IMG/VR virus record: IMGVR_UViG_3300027869_000006
Location: 1 to 64,000 of that record
Length of the DNA stretch: 64,000 nt
DNA from: a virus
Reading direction: 5' to 3' (one strand)
The position numbers and the translations under genes were made by a program. Of this stretch, positions 27,520 to 38,292 are shown one piece after another; position 1 is the first letter of the stretch; each line of letters begins with the position of its first letter. The notes under the pieces were generated by a model. It had not been told where the DNA came from, did not search any database, and was given only the letters and a program-made list of their open reading frames with translations.

Positions 27520-28641
27520 ATGGCACTATCAGAAGAGCATCGGTGCAAAATCTCAGAGGCTAATCGGGGGCAAAAGCGATCTGAAGAGACAAAGCGCAAG
27601 ATGAGGGAAGCGAGAAAAGGGAGAACCTATTCAGAAGAATCGCGCCGCAAGATGAGCGAGACACATAAGAAGCTTCCTGGTCATCCGCATACTGAAGAAG
27701 AAAAGCGCAAGATCAGCGAGGCCAATAAGCGAGAGAACAGGGAAGTTCCAAATAAAGGATGGGCTAACCATACGATATCTGAGGAAGGCAAGCAGAGGAT
27801 TCGAGAATCAAAGTTAGGGAAGAAGCGAGCTCCTTTTTCAGAGGAATGGAAACGCAAGATTAGTGAATCTCAGAAAGGGCACATGGTTTCTTCAGAAACA
27901 CTTCAGAAACGTCAAGCGACACGAGCCGCACATGGAGCCTATGAGACATTACGACAAAGTGCTTATAGGATGGGGAAAGCCAATCAAGGAAGAAAGCCAA
28001 CTGAGGAAGTCAATCAAAAAAGACGTGAAGCGTCACTGCAACTCGCAAGTGATCCTGAACACTTGGCAAAGATCAGTCGAGGGGTATTGAAAGCCTATGA
28101 AAATCCAGAGTTTCGAGCACGGAATCGGCAGATACTCGATGAGGCACGAGCGAAGTCAGTTGCAGCGATAACGGGTGTACCTCTCTCAGAGGAGCGAAAG
28201 GCCCGACTCTCGGAAACATCAAGAAAAGCGAGGCTTGAATACTGGAAAGACAAGTCATATGAAGAACGTCTCGCTTATATGCACACTGCGACAGTAGCCT
28301 CAGAGAATATCAGAATATCTTCTCTAGAGTTGCAAGTCAAAAAGTTGCTTGATGCGATGGGTATTCAATATGAGCAACAAAAGCAGATAGGAATGTACTG
28401 GGTTGATTTCTATCTACCAGCAATGAATACAATTGTAGAGGTTTACGGGTGTTGGTGGCACGGATGCGAACAATGTGGGAAGGCATATCCAAAGAAAAAT
28501 GCTCGTGATCGAAGTCGTGAAGCCTATATCAAGGCATGTGGGTATCAACTTGTCATCCTTTGGGAGCATGACCTTGTAGAGAATATGGAGTGGATGCAGT
28601 ATAATGGTAATGAGACAGACAGCGCTACCAGAACGGATTGA
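27520..28641 (+). CDS. free-standing homing-type endonuclease: NUMOD3 repeats plus Vsr/DUF559-like nuclease
   Basis: Repeated SEE.(K/R)RK(I/M)SE; C-terminal VDFYL..IVEVYGCWWHG..RD..GY..LWE; AT-rich; own promoter TTGACT-N18-TATACT at 27445-27474. Confidence 0.85.
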   Translation: MALSEEHRCKISEANRGQKRSEETKRKMREARKGRTYSEESRRKMSETHKKLPGHPHTEEEKRKISEANKRENREVPNKGWANHTISEEGKQRIRESKLGKKRAPFSEEWKRKISESQKGHMVSSETLQKRQATRAAHGAYETLRQSAYRMGKANQGRKPTEEVNQKRREASLQLASDPEHLAKISRGVLKAYENPEFRARNRQILDEARAKSVAAITGVPLSEERKARLSETSRKARLEYWKDKSYEERLAYMHTATVASENIRISSLELQVKKLLDAMGIQYEQQKQIGMYWVDFYLPAMNTIVEVYGCWWHGCEQCGKAYPKKNARDRSREAYIKACGYQLVILWEHDLVENMEWMQYNGNETDSATRTD

Positions 28642-28861
28642 GTGTGAGATTACACGTAAGACACTTGCAAAACGAGATGAGCAGGGCATTTGGTTCTGGT
28701 GCCGTGGCTGTCATCGTGAGCATTTGATAGTATGGGAGCATATACCGTACCATGCGTCTACTCAACTTGCCGGAGCCGATACAACCAGCAGACACGACCG
28801 ATCAGCTCACCTCTTTTCAGGTGAGCCTGAATGGAGCGTGGTTAGATCAGGTGGAATTTGA
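28604..28861 (+). CDS. small Zn-ribbon (Com-like) protein
   Basis: RIECE...LAK....GIWFWCRGCHREH. Confidence 0.5.
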   Translation: MVMRQTALPERIECEITRKTLAKRDEQGIWFWCRGCHREHLIVWEHIPYHASTQLAGADTTSRHDRSAHLFSGEPEWSVVRSGGI

Positions 28862-29024
28862 GTGCGCTTCCTGTCATATACGCTATTGGAGGGGAATCAT
28901 CGGAGAAGAATCCTATAGTGAAGTAGTGGAGGTTGAAGGTATTGGAACCTATGCCCTCAACCCAACGATCCGCTTTACCTATGCGCCCTCTCCACATGTC
29001 CATGCACTAGGTTTTCCTACCTAG
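28752..29024 (+). CDS. hypothetical protein with CxxC
   Basis: GGGAG RBS; ECASCH. Confidence 0.45.
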   Translation: MRLLNLPEPIQPADTTDQLTSFQVSLNGAWLDQVEFECASCHIRYWRGIIGEESYSEVVEVEGIGTYALNPTIRFTYAPSPHVHALGFPT

Positions 29025-29062
29025 TCATTTCACGAACAACTCAATAACTCGGAGCCCTAGAG

Positions 29063-29102
29063 GCCATACCAATGAACGAAGAGTTCACGGTATGGCTTTT
29101 TT
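29063..29102 (+). terminator. hairpin plus U-tract in the leader of the second tail operon segment
   Basis: GCCATACC..GGTATGGC followed by T6. Confidence 0.6.
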
Positions 29103-29138
29103 ATTGTCATGCTTCTCCTGGAAAGGAGATGTCAACCT

Positions 29139-29810
29139 ATGCCAAATAGTGCGCTCCCCGGCTACAAAGCGGCGGTGAACATTGCAGTAGGTCCTAGCGT
29201 GGGGAGTACTGATCTCATCTTGACTGATGCAGGTGACCACGCGACATTCACCGTGCCACTTGCCTCATCCATGCGCTATATCGATAGAAACGTGGCAGTG
29301 ACGGTAGAGACCTCGCTTGATAATGGGGTCACCTGGTCAAGTGTGCTGGACCCCAGTACCTATACACTGCGGTACCTCACTGCCCAGGTCGTCCTCACGA
29401 CGCCGCTTGTAGGAGGCACGACCTATAAGGCGCGTCTGCATGCTTTCAACTACTATGCCTATGCCCTGATTGCCCAGGCCACCGATATCACCTTTGCACC
29501 GACGCGGGCAATGCTCGATAGCACCACGTTCCAGGGGGCATCGGGCGCGGGCTGGACGACCTATGTGCCTGGACTCTCAAGTGGCGGCAAGTTTACCTGT
29601 AAGACCTGGCAACTGACACCGGGGGCAACCATCTTCGTGGGCTATCTCACGGCGAGTAGTCTGCTGATCCTGTCCTTTGTTGCCCCCAACGGCACCAATG
29701 CTTTTGAGAGTTATTGTTACCTGGATATGACAACCTGGACCAGCAACCTCACGACACTTGCATCGGAAGATTTGTCCTTCACCTGCGATGCCGTCGTGGC
29801 CCTGCTCTAG
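29139..29810 (+). CDS. second tail-tube-like protein
   Basis: RAMLDSTTF..GWTTYVPGL resembles the 27028 product; AAGGAG RBS. Confidence 0.65.
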   Translation: MPNSALPGYKAAVNIAVGPSVGSTDLILTDAGDHATFTVPLASSMRYIDRNVAVTVETSLDNGVTWSSVLDPSTYTLRYLTAQVVLTTPLVGGTTYKARLHAFNYYAYALIAQATDITFAPTRAMLDSTTFQGASGAGWTTYVPGLSSGGKFTCKTWQLTPGATIFVGYLTASSLLILSFVAPNGTNAFESYCYLDMTTWTSNLTTLASEDLSFTCDAVVALL

Positions 29811-29837
29811 TGAATACAATGAGAGAGAGACACGTGT

Positions 29838-30305
29838 ATGACGTTTGACTTACGCAATCTGACCCTTGGGAGTGCCTTTTCCCCCAAAGTCGAGGATATT
29901 CCTACCCCTGACTTCCTCACGGCACGGGGAGTGCCCGATGATCTCTTGCGGCTCGTGGGCATGTCTGCCACGGCTCGGTTACTTATTGCCACGACCTTTG
30001 GCACCGATGAAGCAGAGAATACTGCACGCCTGGTGTGTGCCACGCTGCGCTATCGGGATGCAGGTGGCACTGATGGACAGGGAACCCCAGTCTATTTCAT
30101 GAGTGACGCGGCTGCCTTGGCTGAGAAAGACTTTGATCTCTTGAATGCCCTGGCGCAACTGGTGAAGCCGTTCCTCGGCCTGGGGGCGATTGCCACAGCA
30201 GTTGAGCACGCAAAAAACGGCTTGGCGAGGACCTCATCCTCGGATGGTGGTACCGCGTTGCCCATGAGCTCGGACTCCCCACCGTCCGAGCCTGTCAGTC
30301 CGTGA
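29838..30305 (+). CDS. tail assembly chaperone (gpG-like)
   Basis: Between tail tube and tape measure; slippery A AAA AAC at 30212-30218. Confidence 0.75.
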   Translation: MTFDLRNLTLGSAFSPKVEDIPTPDFLTARGVPDDLLRLVGMSATARLLIATTFGTDEAENTARLVCATLRYRDAGGTDGQGTPVYFMSDAAALAEKDFDLLNALAQLVKPFLGLGAIATAVEHAKNGLARTSSSDGGTALPMSSDSPPSEPVSP

Positions 30306-30403
30306 TGAGTGATGATGACTTCGCCTCCTGGATCGCCTTTTTCCAGTTGAAGGATGAACATGAGTTGTCCAGGTGGAAGGCCATGATGGGACAGCAGGAG
30401 TAA
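30212..30403 (+). CDS. -1 frameshift extension (gpGT-like)
   Basis: -1 frame KRLGEDLILGWWYRVAHELGLPTVRACQSVMSDDDFASWIAFF...QQE* ends just before the tape measure gene. Confidence 0.8.
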   Translation, partial: KKRLGEDLILGWWYRVAHELGLPTVRACQSVMSDDDFASWIAFFQLKDEHELSRWKAMMGQQE

Positions 30404-30421
30404 GGAGACAGGGAGAGGAAG

Positions 30422-33400
30422 ATGGCAGGGAGCGACTTTTCTCTTGGTACGGCCTCAATTGGACTTGGGGTGAATACTGATGGATTAACCTCCGGGTTTG
30501 CGCGTGCCAAGGAGATGGTTGGGAGTTTTGGCGGTGCCGTCGGCGGACTACTGATTGGTGCGACCGTCGCAGCCGTTGGGCTAGGCGCTGCGACGGTCAA
30601 GATGGCAGGTGATTTTTCCGCATCTATGACCCAACTCGTGACGGGTGCTGGCGAATCACAATCCAACCTCAAACTCGTCTCCGATGGTATCCTCCAAATG
30701 GCCGGGACGACCGGCACCTCGACCAAAGACCTCGCAGCAGGTATGTATCTCATCGAGAGTAGCGGCCAGCATGGTGCACAAGCCCTGACAACGCTCCAAG
30801 CCGCCGCCGAGGGCGCAAAGGTAGGTGCAGCCTCGCTCGCCGAGGTTGCCAATGGCGTGACCACCATCATGACCGATTACGCCAGTGCGAATGTGACCGC
30901 CGCCAATGCCACCAATGCCCTCATCGAGGGTGTCGCGCTCGGCAAAGTCCACCTGGGTGACCTCTCTACTTCGATGGCAACCGTACTTCCTACGGCCTCC
31001 GCGCTTGGGATCGGACTCAATGATGTGATCGGGGCCATGTCCACCATGACCGCCGAAGGGGTTCCTGCCGCCAATGCCGCCACCTACTTGCGGCAAACCA
31101 TGATGTCCCTCGAAGCCCCGGCCAGTGCGGGGGCCAAAGCCATTGCTGCCATTGGACTGACGACCGCACAAGTTAGCGACGAGATGAAGGTCTCTCTCCC
31201 CGGTACCTTGCAGATGATTATGGATCACCTGGCCGCGACGTATACGGTCGGGTCCCCGCAATATATTGAAGCCCTCAAAAATATCGCCGGGGGGTCGAAG
31301 CAGATGCAAGGGATGCTCGACCTGACGGGGACGCACCTGGCCATTTTCAAGGATGATGTGCAAGCCGTTGCCGATCAAGTGAAGGCAGGCGGCGATCAGA
31401 TTGCTGGCTGGACGCTGGTCCAGGGCGACTTCAATCAGAAGATGGATGAGGCAAGAGGGGTCATCGAAGCCCTTGGCATCAAGATCGGGTCGGTACTTTT
31501 GCCGGTGGTCTCGCAACTGATGGGGTGGTTGACCCCGATGGTTTCCACGATTGGAGATCATCTGGTCGGGGATGTGACCAACCTGGCCGATGCCTTCCAG
31601 TCCGTCTTTGATCCGATGAGCCAGGTGCAGAGCGTGGCTAAACCCCTGGCCGATACCTTCGATCATGACGCAGCAATGGTGGACAACTTGACTGGAGCCA
31701 TGAACCCCTTCCAGCAAGCCATGTTCAATCTCAAGCCGGACCTCGCGGATATCGGCGGGATGTTCAAGACGGTCGGCGATGTCGTCTTCAACCAGGTCAT
31801 TCCAGCCGTGGTGGGGTTGGCCCAAAAAGTTGAGCCCATCATCACCGATTTCTTCAACTGGGATGAGAAAACCCACTTCATCAGTACCACCCTACACGAT
31901 CTGGGCGGGTTCGTGAGCGCCGTGGCCGGTGATATCGGCAATGACCTCGTCCCACCCATCAGGGCACTGCTCGGACATCTCGAGAACTGGCTTTCTTCTT
32001 CCAACATGATCCATGATGCCCTTGGATTCCTGGCAGGGGCGATTGGGGTTGTCTCCAGTGTACTGGGAACATTGATCGGCTGGGTTGGCGACTTCGTGGG
32101 GGGGCTGGAAAAGGGCAATCCCCTGGCGGTGGCACTTGGCATTGCGCTGGTGACGGTTGGCACGGCTATTGCGGGTATCAAGCTGACGGAGTTTGTGCTT
32201 GGGCTCCAGAACGCCTTTACGCAGGCTGGCGGACTCAGCGGTATCCTGGAGAAATTTATCAGTGATACCTTCCCCAATCTCGCTCGCTCCCTCGGCCTGG
32301 TCAAGACGGCTGAAGTTGAGGTCGGAACCACCGCCGAAACGACGATGGCCGAGGGAGTGGCCACGGGGGCGACGGCGGCAGAGGCTTCCCTCGCGGGTAT
32401 CGGTACTACTGCCGAAACCACGATGGCTGAAGGGGTCGCTACGGGGGCGGTAGAGTCAGTAACTTCGCTCGCGGAAGTCGGGACACAGGCAGAGATCACC
32501 GCCGATACCGTCAAGACCTCCTCACTGAGTATGGCCGCATCCATTGGCTTGATTGGGGGCGCGATTGGACTCGTCCTGGTTGCTATCCCGCTCATCCAAC
32601 AAGGGCTCGCTGCCACCAAACAGAATATGGATGATACCGCCAAAGGCTTGAGTACGCAGATTGATGCCGCTGCCTCCAAGATTCATGACTCCTTTATCCC
32701 GGAAATAGCGAACGTCAATACCATGTCGGTGGCCCAGATCAGTGACATGAAAGCGAAGATCGTCAGTGAATTGGAACAAATCACCGGCAAGAGTCAGAGT
32801 GATGCCGAAAAAATGGCGAATGACTGGATTTATGGGACACAACAAATGCAGACCCAGGTGTCTGCCAATCTTGCCACCATGTCACAGCAGGCCATCCAAT
32901 CCGCGCAGCAACTCGTCAGTGGCGTCGAGCAGGCCCTCGCACAAATGCAGACCAATTCCGCCTCTGATATGGAGAGCATGAAGGAAGGCATCACCTCAGA
33001 ACTGATCTCAACCTACCATCTCTCCTATAGCACCGCGACCCAGATGTCAAGCCAGTGGAGCGCTGAACTGCAAAAGATGCAGAATGCCTCCCCGCAGCAG
33101 ATGGCCAGTATGCGCCAGCAGATGATTGATGAGCTTCAGAAAACGCTTGGGCTTTCCACCCAGGACGCCACGAACATGGCCGATCAGTGGATTGCCCAGG
33201 TCATGCGTGAGAAAGATCAGACCACCTATAACGTCATGCAACTGCATGACCAGGTTGCCCAACAACTCCAAGATACCGAGCACCTTTCAGCCTCAGCGGC
33301 GTCATCGATGGCCGATCAGGTCATTGGATCAGTCCAACATATGAAGGATATGGGCATCTCCGATACCGTCGCCATGAAGATTGCCATCGCGGAGGTCATG

Positions 33401-33865
33401 CAACAGATTACGGGCAATGCCCAGACATGGGGCGCGGATATGCTCAATGCCTACGCGGCGGGCATTGAGGCACAAATCCCCAACCTCCAACAATCGGTCG
33501 GGCAAGTCGCCCACCTGGTGCAGGCCAATCTGGGGTATTCCCTGCCAACGGAAGGAGTCCTGGCACACTCCGATGAGTGGATGCCTGACTTCGGCGACCT
33601 CCTTACACAAGGTCTGCTTGCCCAACAGCCAAAGATCAAGGCTGCCTCATCGGTGCTTGCCACCGCATTTGCTCCCCTGTTTCCTTCCGGGGGTCCTCTT
33701 CTTCCCTACCTTCCATCTATTGGAGGATACCAGGCAGCTCAGATGGCCGCCTCGAGTGGAGCAGGCGGGGTCATTGAAAATCATGTGTACATCATCCTGG
33801 ACAGCGAGCAGATTGGACACAGCGTGGTTCGCAATGCCCAACTACGGACAGGGATGAGGGTGTAG
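30422..33865 (+). CDS. tape measure protein (TP901 family)
   Basis: 1147 aa, Ala-rich helical, TP901-type core, central hydrophobic region. Confidence 0.9.
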   Translation: MAGSDFSLGTASIGLGVNTDGLTSGFARAKEMVGSFGGAVGGLLIGATVAAVGLGAATVKMAGDFSASMTQLVTGAGESQSNLKLVSDGILQMAGTTGTSTKDLAAGMYLIESSGQHGAQALTTLQAAAEGAKVGAASLAEVANGVTTIMTDYASANVTAANATNALIEGVALGKVHLGDLSTSMATVLPTASALGIGLNDVIGAMSTMTAEGVPAANAATYLRQTMMSLEAPASAGAKAIAAIGLTTAQVSDEMKVSLPGTLQMIMDHLAATYTVGSPQYIEALKNIAGGSKQMQGMLDLTGTHLAIFKDDVQAVADQVKAGGDQIAGWTLVQGDFNQKMDEARGVIEALGIKIGSVLLPVVSQLMGWLTPMVSTIGDHLVGDVTNLADAFQSVFDPMSQVQSVAKPLADTFDHDAAMVDNLTGAMNPFQQAMFNLKPDLADIGGMFKTVGDVVFNQVIPAVVGLAQKVEPIITDFFNWDEKTHFISTTLHDLGGFVSAVAGDIGNDLVPPIRALLGHLENWLSSSNMIHDALGFLAGAIGVVSSVLGTLIGWVGDFVGGLEKGNPLAVALGIALVTVGTAIAGIKLTEFVLGLQNAFTQAGGLSGILEKFISDTFPNLARSLGLVKTAEVEVGTTAETTMAEGVATGATAAEASLAGIGTTAETTMAEGVATGAVESVTSLAEVGTQAEITADTVKTSSLSMAASIGLIGGAIGLVLVAIPLIQQGLAATKQNMDDTAKGLSTQIDAAASKIHDSFIPEIANVNTMSVAQISDMKAKIVSELEQITGKSQSDAEKMANDWIYGTQQMQTQVSANLATMSQQAIQSAQQLVSGVEQALAQMQTNSASDMESMKEGITSELISTYHLSYSTATQMSSQWSAELQKMQNASPQQMASMRQQMIDELQKTLGLSTQDATNMADQWIAQVMREKDQTTYNVMQLHDQVAQQLQDTEHLSASAASSMADQVIGSVQHMKDMGISDTVAMKIAIAEVMQQITGNAQTWGADMLNAYAAGIEAQIPNLQQSVGQVAHLVQANLGYSLPTEGVLAHSDEWMPDFGDLLTQGLLAQQPKIKAASSVLATAFAPLFPSGGPLLPYLPSIGGYQAAQMAASSGAGGVIENHVYIILDSEQIGHSVVRNAQLRTGMRV

Positions 33866-33867
33866 AA

Positions 33868-36800
33868 ATGGTAGTTACCACAACAATTGGCTCAACCCCC
33901 GTCTCCTTGCTGAATGGTACGCCGCCAAGTCTGCATGATACGCTTGACCAACGCTCAACAATCCGTCTTGTGGTGATTGACAAAACAGGAACACTCCATT
34001 TTCAACCCATGCAACCCGTGACTATCACCGATAGTTACGCTGGTCGCCTGTTCACGGGCTACGTCAACGATGCGACGGAAACGAATCTCTCCCCGCAAAC
34101 CGCGATCACACATACTGTGACGTGTTTTGACCAACACTGGCTGGCCGATAAGCGCGTGGCATCCGGTGCCTCTGACGACGATGCCATGAGCAACCAGTAC
34201 GCTGGTGATAACGTCGTCTACTTGCTTGCGAACTACCTGGAAGCTGAGGGTGTCACGGCCTCGTATGCACAACGGCGCGAGAGTACGCTCACCGATTTTC
34301 AGGCAGGGACACTGACGAATGTGGTGGCGACCGACAACGTTGGTGATGGGGACCTGGAACTCTCGACGCAGGGGACGCCCGCAAGTACGACCTTTGGCAG
34401 TGGGTTCCGAGACTTTGTGACGGGCGCGACGCTCTCGAGTGTGGATTGCGCGGCAAGTGGGCAGCCCTTCTCGCAACTCAACCTGAAGGCATATAGCGCA
34501 CTCAAGTATAGCGGGACCAATGGCTCATCAAGCGCGGGCAATCTCGGCAATACCTACGCCTATTGGGAAGTGTGCAACGACGGCGCCACCGTGATTGCCT
34601 CGGGCGATACACTGCAATACGACGTGTGGATTTCCTCAACCAGTCCACTCATTCAAGGGGCCGTCGATTTCACCACCACCGATGGTATTGGCCTACGTGA
34701 CTTCCCCAATAACACGCAGGCAATGCATGACCAGAACTTTATCAAAGCGCATCCTGGCACCGATCTCTCCGGCTATGCCAACGATCAGTGGTATCACCGC
34801 ACGATTGATTTGACGCTCATGGCAGGCAAAACTATCTCGCACGTTGATCTCGCCTTTGAGGGCGATACCGGCGGCACGTACCTCGCCTATTTTCGCAACA
34901 TCTTCGTGTACAACAACAGTGGCGGCGTCAAGAAGACGGTCTTCGATAGCTCGCAACACGCCTATTCACCGCAACAACAGAGCATCAGTGGCAACTACCT
35001 GACGACTGATAATGGCTATACCAACCTCTCAGTGATGTTTGTGACGGTCTATGACCAAGTGGGGACCTGGATCAGTCCGGCTCTGAGTATTGATGCCGCC
35101 AAACTGGTGCGGGCAAGCCTGCTCAGTTGGACAACGAGCATGGCGGCGACCACAACTGCCGCGAGTCTTGCCAGTGGCATGGCTTCCCCCAATGTGCCTG
35201 CCGGTACTACGCTCACCTTGTACACGAGCATCGACAATAAGGCGACGTGGCAGGCAGCAACCTTTGAGTCTCCCATTCCAAATCTCTCTGGTGGCTTCAA
35301 CGTGACCAATAGGAGTATGTACGTCAAGGCGGTATTCGCCATCGCCAACCCAAGTCCTGAACTCTCACCGATCCTCACCGCTTTGCAAGCGACCGTTTCG
35401 AGTTCCTGGTCGCAAGTGAAAACCGATAGCATCACGACCGCAGGAGTCCAGGGAGATTTCAACACCGGCAACTATACGAATACCGCCTGGTATAGTGACC
35501 CGGGTGGGGCAAATACGAACCTCTTTCCATCGACTGATGTGGGTGTCACGCTCTCCGGCTATTGGACGGGATGGGATCGGCCTGATGGCACGATTGGCAA
35601 TGTGACGATCTATACGGCCCTTGCCACCACGAATGTCTATACGTGGTATCGGCAACTCAACATCTATGCGATATCCGGCGGGGATATCCGCGTGAAGCTC
35701 AACAATGCACCGAACCTGCAAAACTTTACGGCACAACTGAGTGTGGCTGTGCGTGAAGATGTGAGTCGGGAAAACGGCGTGGGTTTCGTGTATCGCACCA
35801 CGAACTGGGCCAATGCCAACGAGACGTGGGCCTATACGGTGATGCTGGAATTTAACGCGGGGATGGGTTCCACCTTTTCAGCCACGCCCTTTGTGCATGT
35901 GCAACTTGGACGGGCGAATAATGCCGGGACGACCACCGGGACCTATGTCAGTATTGCCGATGTGCTCCTCCCCTTTGTACCCAAAATCAATACCGTCTAT
36001 ACACTCAAAGTCGTCGTGAATGGGAACTCCCATAAGGTCTACGTCGATGACGTGCTGTGGATCAACGCGACCGACAGCACCTGGACAGCCTCCGGCGGAT
36101 TTGGCATTCGCTACTACAACGCCAGTGGGAATGGCTATACCGGCATCTATGACAACTTTGGGGTCGTGCAAAGTCTGTCCGGCCAATGGGATAACGGCTC
36201 AGGTATCGTCCTTGGCTCAGGCATTGGCACGGTCGGCAATTCCCTGGTTGCCTGGGATGCGGATGTACCGTCGGGTGGGACGCTCTCCGCGCTCACCAGC
36301 GTGGATGGTGGGGCTACCTGGCAATCGGCGACCAGTGGCAGCGCCATCCCCAACCTGGCACCAGGGACCAATACGGTGGGGAAATCCGTGCGGATCAAGT
36401 TCCTCCTTGGAGCCAACGCGCCCATTGTGACCCCCATTCTGAAGGGATGGACCATCTGGCTCACCAAACAAACCAACGCAGCAGGGAGCAGAGTCTCCCT
36501 TGGCCTTGACCTCTCAGCCGCCGGGCGTGCCGGGTCCACGCTCGTCAATTGGAATGGGGCAACCCCGCCTGGAACGAACATCTTCATCGATAGTGCGCCT
36601 GATAACACCACCTGGACGAACCTTGGCAGTGGCGCACAAGGCAACGCCCAAATCGCAGGCATACAGAGCCAACTCGACCCGATAGATGATACCTTTGACA
36701 GCAATACGAGTGGCTTCTATGTCTCGACCTTCCAGACCAATGGGACCACCGCCACCTGGGACTTCTCGACGGCGGTGCCTGCCACCTCATATATCAGTGC

Positions 36801-38283
36801 ATCAGGTGGGACGAATGCGTTCCTCTTGTATAACAGCCTGGTTGCCGATGATATCGACCTGGTGACCGACATGGGGCTCTCCGATGCCGGGGGTCTCGTG
36901 TGGCGCTTCGTCGATAGCAACAATTTCTATGACCTGGTGATTGGCGATGCCAGTTCCCCGACACCGAACACCGCGACACTCTGCAAAGTGACCAACACTG
37001 TGCGTGCGACGCTCGCGACCGCGACGCTCTCATGGGTACGTGGCGTGCCGCACAGGATATGCGTGCTGATGCTCGGCGGGTCCATGACGGTTTCCTTCGA
37101 TGGAGTACAACTGCTCACCTACACCGATCACTTCCCACTGGCAGTCGGGCAATGCGGACTGCGTACCAGTACGGTCTCCGGGGCATCGGCGGCGCTCTTC
37201 TATCATTTCCGCGTGACGGCCCTGGGCGATAGTGTGGAGGGACTTGTGGCCTGGACGCAGGTACGTCTCACCAGCACCGATCCGACTGCCACGCCGCAAC
37301 TCTACGATATAACGACCTCGGTGCGTTCTCCCAACATCGGGACAGGGGCGCTCATTCCCAGCACCACGTATAGCGTGCTGAATGGCTCAACCAACACCAT
37401 TGCCACCGATGTAGATGATATGGCCAAACAGAGCAATTCCTGGTGGAAATTACGGTATGATCCCCTCACCGGTGCATCTGCCTCGATGTTCTTCCAATCG
37501 CACACGGCACAACTGGCACCCTTCCTGATTACTGGTGCCGATATTCTGCTGTCAAATAGTCCGGTCACCGTCAATCGTTCCGGTTCGCTCTATCGCAATA
37601 CGCCCTGGATACTCGGCGGCACGGATACGAGCCTCGTTGCGCCCGAAACCTTCAGGACGGATGGCTTTCGCCGCACGTTTACCTTGCAACATCCGGTCTC
37701 CTCACTGGTGGATATTACGGATGGCACGAAGGACTACACCTTTGGCGTGGCCGGTATCGATGTGGGCCGTGACTTCTACTACACCGTTGGCTCCTATGAT
37801 GTCCCGCAAGATGCAAGTGCATTGACACTTGCCCCTGGTCTTCAGTTGACCTTCACCTATAACGGGCAAACCAATGTGGTCGCCACGGTGAGCAATGCCT
37901 CAGAGATTGCCGCACAGGCGCAAATTGAGGGATCAGGCACCGGCATTGTGGAGGTGGCAGAGACGGCGCAAGGACTGACCAGTGCCGCCGCCGCCGCACT
38001 TGCCGCTTCACGTGAAACCATGTACACCGCCAAGCCCACGACGATCAACTTCACGACTCCACGAGGAGGGCTGGCGGTGGGACAACTCACGAGTGTCTTC
38101 CTGCCTCAACATGCACTTGTCGATTTTGAGTGTCTCATTACAGATATAGTCGTGACGTGGCGCAAGGACAACGGGATACCGGATCGTGGTTTTATCGACG
38201 CAACCCCTTACTTTACGATCACGGCAAGCAGCGGCTATCTGATGAATTCGTGGCAAACGACCCTTGCAGGGCTCGGTAGATAG
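33868..38283 (+). CDS. large minor tail/baseplate hub protein with inserted beta-sandwich domains
   Basis: 1471 aa after TMP; RLFTGYV N-terminus and GLAVGQ C-terminal hub-like motif. Confidence 0.7.
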   Translation: MVVTTTIGSTPVSLLNGTPPSLHDTLDQRSTIRLVVIDKTGTLHFQPMQPVTITDSYAGRLFTGYVNDATETNLSPQTAITHTVTCFDQHWLADKRVASGASDDDAMSNQYAGDNVVYLLANYLEAEGVTASYAQRRESTLTDFQAGTLTNVVATDNVGDGDLELSTQGTPASTTFGSGFRDFVTGATLSSVDCAASGQPFSQLNLKAYSALKYSGTNGSSSAGNLGNTYAYWEVCNDGATVIASGDTLQYDVWISSTSPLIQGAVDFTTTDGIGLRDFPNNTQAMHDQNFIKAHPGTDLSGYANDQWYHRTIDLTLMAGKTISHVDLAFEGDTGGTYLAYFRNIFVYNNSGGVKKTVFDSSQHAYSPQQQSISGNYLTTDNGYTNLSVMFVTVYDQVGTWISPALSIDAAKLVRASLLSWTTSMAATTTAASLASGMASPNVPAGTTLTLYTSIDNKATWQAATFESPIPNLSGGFNVTNRSMYVKAVFAIANPSPELSPILTALQATVSSSWSQVKTDSITTAGVQGDFNTGNYTNTAWYSDPGGANTNLFPSTDVGVTLSGYWTGWDRPDGTIGNVTIYTALATTNVYTWYRQLNIYAISGGDIRVKLNNAPNLQNFTAQLSVAVREDVSRENGVGFVYRTTNWANANETWAYTVMLEFNAGMGSTFSATPFVHVQLGRANNAGTTTGTYVSIADVLLPFVPKINTVYTLKVVVNGNSHKVYVDDVLWINATDSTWTASGGFGIRYYNASGNGYTGIYDNFGVVQSLSGQWDNGSGIVLGSGIGTVGNSLVAWDADVPSGGTLSALTSVDGGATWQSATSGSAIPNLAPGTNTVGKSVRIKFLLGANAPIVTPILKGWTIWLTKQTNAAGSRVSLGLDLSAAGRAGSTLVNWNGATPPGTNIFIDSAPDNTTWTNLGSGAQGNAQIAGIQSQLDPIDDTFDSNTSGFYVSTFQTNGTTATWDFSTAVPATSYISASGGTNAFLLYNSLVADDIDLVTDMGLSDAGGLVWRFVDSNNFYDLVIGDASSPTPNTATLCKVTNTVRATLATATLSWVRGVPHRICVLMLGGSMTVSFDGVQLLTYTDHFPLAVGQCGLRTSTVSGASAALFYHFRVTALGDSVEGLVAWTQVRLTSTDPTATPQLYDITTSVRSPNIGTGALIPSTTYSVLNGSTNTIATDVDDMAKQSNSWWKLRYDPLTGASASMFFQSHTAQLAPFLITGADILLSNSPVTVNRSGSLYRNTPWILGGTDTSLVAPETFRTDGFRRTFTLQHPVSSLVDITDGTKDYTFGVAGIDVGRDFYYTVGSYDVPQDASALTLAPGLQLTFTYNGQTNVVATVSNASEIAAQAQIEGSGTGIVEVAETAQGLTSAAAAALAASRETMYTAKPTTINFTTPRGGLAVGQLTSVFLPQHALVDFECLITDIVVTWRKDNGIPDRGFIDATPYFTITASSGYLMNSWQTTLAGLGR

Positions 38284-38292
38284 GAGAACACT

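Noticed and set aside
32320-32450. GTTAETTMAEGVATGA duplication in the tape measure protein
   Set aside because: Ordinary internal TMP repeat with synonymous divergence; no reverse transcriptase, so not a DGR TR/VR pair.
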